Source: an uncultured Gemmatimonadaceae bacterium (lineage in GTDB: Bacteria; Gemmatimonadota; Gemmatimonadetes; Gemmatimonadales; Gemmatimonadaceae). Taken from it: a stretch of DNA of 64,000 nucleotides. A model generated the notes under the pieces. It was given only the letters and a program-made list of their open reading frames with translations. It was not told the origin of the DNA and ran no database searches. The stretch spans positions 32,001 through 96,000 of the forward strand of contig CAWAGQ010000008.1 of assembly GCA_963781585.1 (NCBI GenBank), in the 5' to 3' direction. Made by a program: the position numbers and the translations under genes. Shown here in pieces: positions 54,591 to 61,862 of this stretch (position 1 is its first letter; each line of letters starts with the position of its first letter).

Positions 54591-55130
54591 ACGCTTTGGA
54601 GCGAAACGGCTGACCGGCTTCACGCGAAACGCGTGACCGACTTGAGCGAAATACGAGACGTCAGGACGTCGTGCCGGTTCGGCGCTCAGGGTTCACGATG
54701 CGCTCAAGGCCCGCCCCATACTCTCGATGCCGGAAATCGCCAGACGGACCAGGCTGGGCTTCCCGACCGCCTCTTCGGCAATGGAGCGCCTTGTCTCGTC
54801 AGGCATAGCCCGCGAGCTCACCGGCAGGAGACGAAACCGGTTGTTTGTCTACACGCGCTACCTGGCCGTACTGAATGAAGGAACGGAGCCCATTCTTCCT
54901 TCCGGGACAAGGCGCACATGACGTCAGACGCCGCCCTTTCCACCGGGTTGGCTTCGACGGCCCAACAGGCACATTCATCGGCTGGTAAGCGCGGGAGCGC
55001 GGCTTTCCACACGGCCTCCGCACAGAGCGTCCGCCTAACCATCCGGCGCATGACGTGGCCACGACCGGGTCCCGCCGCCGCACGGCTCCGCTCTGGACGT
55101 GAGGAAAAGCTCGAATCGCCGTGACCCCGA

Positions 55131-55453
55131 CGGTGAGCTACGCGGGGTGTCTCGACAACTGGATGGACACGATGTGGTGGAACGAGCAGTGGATGGGGTG
55201 GCCCACTGGGCCGAAGTCCTCGGTGTGGTCGAACCTTGGCCAAAGCGGACCCGGCCGCCAAGGGATGGTGCTGCCGGTAGTGGGGAGCTCGACACCAACG
55301 TCGATCCGTCGTCAACCATGCAAGCGGTGAACGCGCTGATCAAGGCGAACAAGACGTTCGATCTCCTGGTGGTGCCGGGAGAGGGCTCATGGGGCCGGGC
55401 GGCGCGGGATCACGGCGGCGTACGGGGAGCACGAGCGGTGAGACTATTTTGTG
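55131..55453 (+). pseudogene. Degenerate duplicate of the 3' part of the DPP IV gene (47548-47867)
   Basis: Long near-identical blocks such as TGGTGGAACGAGCAGTGGATGGGGTGGCCCA, with substitutions and indels. Confidence 0.88.
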
Positions 55454-55469
55454 TGGGCCATGGCCACGG

Positions 55470-55522
55470 TTGACCGCGCCCAGTCGACGTGCTAGGTTCC
55501 ATTCTGCTTCCATTATGGAACC
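55470..55522 (+). promoter_or_regulatory. TA promoter and operator
   Basis: TTGACC-N17-TAGGTT; IR GGTTCCAT/ATGGAACC. Confidence 0.6.
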
Positions 55523-55531
55523 CGCCGACCC

Positions 55532-55774
55532 ATGGCTACCCTTACCATCAAGAGCATCCCGGACCCGCTCTATCGCCAGCTCAAGGAACGGGCCGCGGAG
55601 CATCGACGCAGTCTCAACAGCGAGGTCATCGTTTGCCTGGAGCAGGCCGTCGCCGGCAACGTTCCTGATCCTGTCACCACGCTGGCAAAGGCCGACGCCC
55701 TTCGGGCCAAGCTTCGCGTGCCGCGGTTGACCGAGGCTCGGCTCCGGACCGCCAAGTCCGCCGGACGACCGTGA
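55532..55774 (+). CDS. Arc/FitA-like RHH antitoxin
   Basis: MATLTIKSIPDPLYRQLKERAAEHRRSLNSEV. Confidence 0.9.
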   Translation: MATLTIKSIPDPLYRQLKERAAEHRRSLNSEVIVCLEQAVAGNVPDPVTTLAKADALRAKLRVPRLTEARLRTAKSAGRP

Positions 55775-56187
55775 TCGTCGTTGACACCAACGTCATCGCG
55801 TACCTGCTCCTCCCCGGTGATCAGACGGAGGCTGCGCGGGGCGCCCTCGCGCGGGACGCGGCGTGGGCCGCGCCGATCCTCTGGCGCAGTGAGCTCCGCA
55901 ATGTGCTTCGCGGCTACATGCGGCAGCGTCACCTCACCTTGGCGCGGGCGCGCGAGGTGCAGGGCACGGCGGAGGAGCTGATGGTCGGCCGCGAGTTTCA
56001 GGTGGAGAGCCCCGCGGTTCTGGACCTCGCTGCAGCGAGTGGTCTGAGCGCGTACGACTGCGAGTTCGTCGCGCTGGCGCGCGCGCTTGAAGTGCCGCTG
56101 GTTACGTCCGATCGGGATGTCCTGGCGAGCTTTCCCAGGGACACGGTCTCGCTGACGCTCTTCGGGTCCGGTGCGCCGGGCGCCTAA
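55771..56187 (+). CDS. vapC: VapC PIN toxin
   Basis: IVVDTNV, SAYDCEFVALA and LVTSD. Confidence 0.92.
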   Translation: MIVVDTNVIAYLLLPGDQTEAARGALARDAAWAAPILWRSELRNVLRGYMRQRHLTLARAREVQGTAEELMVGREFQVESPAVLDLAAASGLSAYDCEFVALARALEVPLVTSDRDVLASFPRDTVSLTLFGSGAPGA

Positions 56188-56497
56188 CGTTGCTTACTCG
56201 GGGCGGTTTTCGGTCGCGCGGCGTGAGGCGTAGCTCCCATTTGAGCCAGCCCTGGCGGAAGTGCGTGCGTCAATACGCAATGGGCACCGATAAGTTGGCT
56301 GAACGAGCGAAGTGAGGCGGCCGGGCTGTTGGCAACATCGACCATGCGCCTTGGTGATATGCACGGTTGACCAACTGAACGCATGCATCGGACCCTCAAG
56401 CGCGCGATCGCCCCGCCGCCGCCCGGACACGGCACAGTCAGCAGCAGCCGTACCCCGTTGTGCAGCCTACCTTAGGAGTGATGCCGCGCCAGACAAA

Positions 56498-57367
56498 ATG
56501 CTGACACCATTAGAGACTCTCCGACCGACAGCCCGACCTCGACTCATGGATCTCGTTCGCGACGCAGGGATCGACGTCTCGGACTGAGCGCAGTATGAGG
56601 GTGGGATCGCCCGCGCGGCTGCCAACCCGAAGTACTGCTATCAATGGGAGTTTGAGAATCCGGCAAAGATCGTAGTGCTGAGCATCTGGCACGCCCAACT
56701 TCGCCATGCCCATGGTGAGGTCACAATTGAAGACAACCTTCGTGACACGAGTAACTTCTACAAGAACGTGCCGGGGAAATCCCTTTGGAGGAAGCGTGCA
56801 GAGTCGTTTGATCGGGCCGTCGCGACAGCTGCGCAATCGGGCCTTGCGGTGCGCGCAATCATCTGCGACGGCGAAATGCGAGCTAAGTTCGACCTGAAGG
56901 CGCGAGCGTCACACGTCCATGCCAGGATGCTCGACAAGGCACCGTGGGCAGTGGTTAGGTACGAGCGGCAAAACGGTCGCTTCATCCTTCGGCGTGGGGC
57001 ATCGCCGAACCGGCTAAAGGACCAGTTCTCGGTCGATCAGTTTCCGAGCGCGCCGACGGAAACTCGATCTGTTTCAGGTGAAGTATTCGTCCGCTCAGCG
57101 GCTGTCCGAAGCCAAGCGCTGAAACGAGCCAATGGGCGGTGTGAATGGTGCGGGGAATTGGGTTTCGTCACGGACGACGGATCAATCTTCCTGGAGACGC
57201 ACCACGTAGTACCGCTCAGCGAACGAGGATCCGACACGCTCCTTAACGTGGTTGCCCTATGCGCAAATCATCATCGTGAGGCGCACTTGGGCTCGTCGCG
57301 GGTCAGCATCCGCAACCGCCTGCTGCAGTTTCTAAGGCCGCGGGTGCCCAAGCGGGGCACAGTTTGA
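56498..57367 (+). pseudogene. HNH endonuclease with in-frame TGA at 56585-56587
   Basis: MLTPL...GIDVSD*AQYEGG...NPKYCYQW is one frame; C-terminal CEWCG...LETHHVVPL...NVVALCANHHREAH. Confidence 0.8.
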
Positions 57368-57453
57368 GAGCCGTTGCAGCTGCCACACTGGGCGAGTGGC
57401 CGCGGAGGCCGGCGGTCTAACTTAGGACCACACAACCTTCCTCTGGAACTCCG

Positions 57454-58233
57454 ATGCCGGACATGCCATGGCGTGACGCAATCGTTGAGGTGCTGCGCCG
57501 AGAGGGCGCAGCAATGCACTACACTGCGATCGCCGAGCATGTGGTCGCTGATGGACTCAGGAAGGCAGTCGGGGCAACCCCCGCATCAACGGTGAACGCG
57601 GTCATCACCACGTCTTTGAACGCCGAGGGGTCAAAGTCTCCATTTCAGCGAGTTGCCCGTGGCGAGTACGTCCTCGCATCTGCAACCAACATCGCGCCTC
57701 ATTCTGAGGTGGAGGCCGCGGCGCGCGCCGATGCCGAAGATGAGGTAGAAGGACCAGTTCACGCCTTTGGAATGTTCTGGGACAGAGACCGCGTCCGTTG
57801 GACAAATACTCCGTCACTCCTCGGAAGACAGCAGATAGGCGCCGACGCCGTGGAGATGACTGATCAGAGGGGCATCTACTTGCTGTACGACGGGCGTGAG
57901 GTCGTGTACGTAGGAAGAAGCACGGATCGCTCCCTTGGCACTCGGCTCTACGAGCACACCTATGACCGGCTGCGCACTCGTTGGAACCGGTTTTCATGGT
58001 TTGGGCTCTGCCCGGTGGAGGAAGATGGCAGTCTGGCAAGACCTGCAGGGGGCCAGAGCGCCGAGCAGTTTATTGCGGCAATGGAGGCCTTGCTCATCGA
58101 AGCCCTTGAGCCCGCGCAGAATCGCCGCCGAGGCGATGGGTTCACCGCGGTCGAATTCATTCAGGCCGATGACCCAGAACTTCACAAAGCCCAACTCAAG
58201 GCGGCAATTGCCCAACTTCAGTCCAAGCTATAG
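57454..58233 (+). CDS. HARE-HTH plus GIY-YIG nuclease-like protein
   Basis: WRDAIVEVL...MHYTAIAE...GATPASTV winged HTH; GIYLLY...YVGRS...RLYEH and a conserved E. Confidence 0.78.
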   Translation: MPDMPWRDAIVEVLRREGAAMHYTAIAEHVVADGLRKAVGATPASTVNAVITTSLNAEGSKSPFQRVARGEYVLASATNIAPHSEVEAAARADAEDEVEGPVHAFGMFWDRDRVRWTNTPSLLGRQQIGADAVEMTDQRGIYLLYDGREVVYVGRSTDRSLGTRLYEHTYDRLRTRWNRFSWFGLCPVEEDGSLARPAGGQSAEQFIAAMEALLIEALEPAQNRRRGDGFTAVEFIQADDPELHKAQLKAAIAQLQSKL

Positions 58234-58520
58234 CTCTTCCTCTCAAACGAGCAATAACTGCCGACGGCACCTCTTTCGGAAGCGGTCGGCCCGAACTTCT
58301 CCCGCGAAATCCCGAGTCGCCGACTCAGCTCGGCCGTCTTGGCTCCGGCCGCACGCTCCTGCAGGAAAGGATCCCGATGATTTGTTCTTCTGTGAAGCGG
58401 CCCGTGCGCATCGATCCTCCGTCGTGAGGATCGGCAAGAATGACCGGATCAGATTCCCGAGGGTAACGTCAGTACTGGATCCCGTTGCGGCGGATCACTA
58501 GCCCACGTACGATATCTGTT

Positions 58521-58667
58521 GGAGGTGGGTCAACACACCAATTGTCTCTCGTTGCGTTCTCGCAACGTGTGCTCATGACGCCATGCCTTACGCCACGCTC
58601 CATGTTTGCCTGAGTAGTCGACTGGGAGCGCTCGGAAAAGCGAGAATTACCGGTTGACTCCACCTCC
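58521..58667 (+). ncRNA. Retron msr/msd non-coding RNA (predicted)
   Basis: Terminal IRs GGAGGTGGGTCAAC / GTTGACTCCACCTCC; internal hairpins CGTTGCG-TTCT-CGCAACG and CGCTCC...GGAGCG; abuts the RT start. Confidence 0.75.
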
Positions 58668-60285
58668 TCTGCCCACGCGTGCGATTGGCGCCTGCCTTCG
58701 CGCACCCCCAGAGACGTTTCGCGACAACTTCCTTCGGTTGGGTAGTCGACGAGCACTCGCACGTCTGCTCGAGGTTCCGGGTTCCTACCTTATATGGCAC
58801 CTCTACCGCTTCCCGGCTCATCGAAGGTATCGCACGTTCCAGCTTCTCAAGCGAAATGGCAAGCAGCGCACCATTTTCGCGCCCGCTTCCAAGATCCGCA
58901 TTCTCCAGCAGAAGCTGTCGCAGGTTCTGTACGAGGTGTATGTCCCGAATCTCGTGGCGCACGGTTTTGTCCGCGAGCGCAATATTCGAACAAACGCCGA
59001 GTTTCACCGTAATCGCGAATGGGTTCTCCGACTCGATCTTGAGGACTTCTTTCCTGCGATAAACTTCGGAAGAGTACGGGGAATGTTCATGCGCCGGCCG
59101 TACAACCTGCCTGCGCCCGTCGCGACAGTCTTGGCGCAGCTGTGCTGCTTCGAGGGCTCGCTCCCGCAGGGGGCGCCGACATCGCCGATCATTTCCAATA
59201 TGATCTGCTCAAGACTAGATAATGAACTTCGGCGACTTGCAGCAGATCATCGATGTACGGTAACGCGATACGCGGAACACCTCACTAGCTCGACGAACAG
59301 AGCATTTCCGAAGTCTATCGCCTCTCGCGACCTCACACCGAACGGCTTCATAACGTCGAACGGCCCGGGCCTGGTTCACGTAATCGATTCGAATGGGTTC
59401 AGAGTTCACCCGACTAAGTCTCGTCTCCTCTGGAGGCACCAGCGGCAGGATGTTACGGGCGTGGTCATCAACGAGAAAGCTAATGTGCCAAGACGGTTTC
59501 GAGACCAGATCAGGAGCATGCTTCATGCCTGGGAGGACTTTGGGCTGGATGCCGCAGCCGCACAGCACGATCGATATGACAAGAAGCGTCGAACTGGTAC
59601 ACAGAGGCCATCGTATCGACGAGTGCTGGCGGGAAAGCTTGCGCACTTGAGGATGATCAAGGGTCCCGAAGATCCGACCTACCGTCGACTATGGCAGAGA
59701 TACGAGCGTCTGGCTGGCCATCCAACGGTGGACGACGCGATATGGATTCTACGAAGGACCAGAAGCTTCTGGGACAGCGTTCATGCTGAAAGGGACCGGT
59801 CTCGTCACTTGTTTCCATGTGGTTGCAGCCAAGGGCGTGGATGCGTTCCGCCCTCTGGCACCATCTGCGAGATTCCAGGTCGTCGTTAAGCACGCATTGA
59901 ACGAAATCGATCTTGCGTTTGCGATCTCACCCGCGCCGAAGTGTCATTCCCTCCACCGCGACCTACAAACCCTTTGTCAGTCGGTGCGAAGGTGAGAATA
60001 CTCGGGTATCCGGATTGGAATCGCGGCAATAGCATTTTTGACGCGACCGGCGAAATCGTCCTGGTCAGACGGCACTTCGGCGCGCCCTATGCCCTCGTAA
60101 GCGTGTCTACGCGCGCTGGCAACAGTGGCGGACCCGTGCTAGATGAATCGGGCAGAGTCATCGGCGTCGTCAGGACTGGAGAGCGCTGGCATGGTGACGA
60201 GGAAGGGAAAGAGCACGGCATACTGGGGATTACGGCACTGGAGATCGTTAGCGGCGCCGGAGCTGACGGGTCACGCATGCTCTGA
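58654..60285 (+). pseudogene. Retron reverse transcriptase fused to trypsin-like serine protease (type XI-like); YADD altered, two frameshifts
   Basis: NAEFH (region X), LDLEDFFP, LPQGAPTSP, RYAEH and VTG (region Y). Protease motifs GTAF, TCFHVV, IDLA and GNSGGPVL lie in successive frames. Confidence 0.85.
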
Positions 60286-60406
60286 CGTGCTCTCGGGTAA
60301 GTCCAATAACTGCCGTCGGCTAACGGGTGCGTCTTCCATCTGAAGGCATCTGGCGCGTCGGACTCCGCGGTAGATACGTATTCTCTGAGTGACCGGCGCG
60401 CCGGAT

Positions 60407-61540
60407 TCACGGTCGCTCGTCGCCGCGGGCCCGCCCCTCCATCCGCCCAGTCAACATCTCCGGCCAGACCGCCAGCGAATCCCCATTCACCCAGTTCCGC
60501 GCACGAGCCGCCGCGTTGTAGGCCCGCAGGAACGCCGCCGCGTCGCACTCCGTCGCGATGAGACGCGGCCGGCCGTACGCGCGCTCAACGGTCACGGCCA
60601 TCTTCCACCCCACCGTGTACCACGGGCCCTGCACACCGAAGAAGCTCATCCCCGCGGCAGTCACTGAATCGTCAGGCACCGTGGGATCGAGCGCGCGACA
60701 GCAGAACTTCGTCAGCTCCGACACATCGGCGTTGAAGTGGCTCACGTCCCGGTCCCAGCGCGCCCGCGTGGCGCTGTCGCTCTGTGCATGCGGATGCACG
60801 TCGGGCCCGCCGGCGGCAGCAAGCATCGCGAGCCCCTCGCCCAACGCGCTCGCCCAGTTCCGGGCGCGCGCCACCGGCGCCGGCACGCCACTGGCGCCCG
60901 CCGCACCGCATGCCGCCGAGAGCCCGATGTGGTGCAGCTCGTGCGCGACGGTGTTGTCCGGTTCCGCCCGCGACTTCGCCGGATCCACGTACAGCATGAT
61001 CACGCGCCGACCCGCGAAGTCGAAGACGAAGCTGTTCGTCTGCGGCTTGATCGCCAGAAACACCGTTGTCTGGAGCGGCGTGCCCGCCGGCAGATACGCC
61101 AGCGCCCGCCGCGCCGCGGCCGAGACGTCAAGCGCGCGCCAGGCGGCGAGGGTCCGGTCGAGCGCCGCCCACCGCGCAACAAGGGTGTCCGAGAGCAGAA
61201 ACGCACGGAACGATGAGTCGGCGAACGCCCGGCCCATCACTGCCTGACGTTGCTGGAGCGCGCGAAAGCCGAGGCTCCCGAACAAGCGCGCCCAGTCGCC
61301 CGTGGTAGGGTCGCGCCCGTCATGACGCGCCCGCACGATCGCGAGCGCCGCGTCCGCCTCGTCGGTCACGAACACGAGGCCGCCCGCCTGCCCGGCGCGG
61401 ACGACCGGGATGCCGGGCGCCCGCACGCTCACAGTGGCCGGACCGGGCACGCGCGAAGATCGGACCGCGCGCCACGGCGGTGACACGGCCCCTGACACGA
61501 GGACGCCAGACGACAGCAGAACAGGCAACACGACCCGCAT
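60407..61540 (-). CDS. Putative secreted Zn-dependent protease (DUF5700-like); start uncertain
   Basis: AHELHH, EGLA and GPWYTVGW. Confidence 0.7.
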   Translation of the reverse strand: MRVVLPVLLSSGVLVSGAVSPPWRAVRSSRVPGPATVSVRAPGIPVVRAGQAGGLVFVTDEADAALAIVRARHDGRDPTTGDWARLFGSLGFRALQQRQAVMGRAFADSSFRAFLLSDTLVARWAALDRTLAAWRALDVSAAARRALAYLPAGTPLQTTVFLAIKPQTNSFVFDFAGRRVIMLYVDPAKSRAEPDNTVAHELHHIGLSAACGAAGASGVPAPVARARNWASALGEGLAMLAAAGGPDVHPHAQSDSATRARWDRDVSHFNADVSELTKFCCRALDPTVPDDSVTAAGMSFFGVQGPWYTVGWKMAVTVERAYGRPRLIATECDAAAFLRAYNAAARARNWVNGDSLAVWPEMLTGRMEGRARGDERP

Positions 61541-61862
61541 CCCGACGGACACTGCGCGCTCACTCCGTAACGGCATGCCACGCGTTCGACACGCGCGCCC
61601 CACGCCGCGGTTGCGCGAGAATGCGCCCACTCCCCACTTGTCGGTTCGCCGAGGAGGCCGTCGCTCCACACGACCATCTTCCCGCGGCCCCCGCGCCCAG
61701 TGCAAATAGATGGGCCTTTCCCTCGCAAGCCCCGAATCCGGCCGGTCAGCCCCCGACGGGGGTCGCCATGTCGTGCAAGAGTGTCGCGCGGTTGCCCGCG
61801 CATTCCTCCGGCCGCATACTCTCCCCATCCGGTCGTCCCTCCACCTCGCCGCGAGCCCTCCC

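Larger units (their letters stand above)
51896..54655 (+). mobile_element. IS21-family insertion sequence
   Basis: istA plus istB; ends TGCGTATTTCGC and GCGAAATACG; ~23-bp subterminal repeats; flanking duplication (CG)AGACGT. Confidence 0.93.
50968..54921 (+). pseudogene. fic: Fic family protein with C-terminal HTH, interrupted by IS21
   Basis: HPFLDGNGRVGR motif. Removing the IS restores ...RIET|SGRRAGSALRVH...TGRRRNRLFVY in frame. Confidence 0.9.

Noticed and set aside
55131..55453. DGR template/variable repeat pair with 47548-47867, given the nearby RT
   Set aside because: Differences are not adenine-specific (many C>G, C>T and indels), and the RT has retron motifs rather than DGR features.
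56585..56587. TGA recoding (Trp or Sec)
   Set aside because: TGA is used as a normal stop throughout the window, so a single nonsense mutation is simpler.
58654..59889. Group II intron maturase
   Set aside because: No domain X/En or intron domain V was seen, while NAxxH, VTG and an upstream a1/a2 ncRNA indicate a retron.
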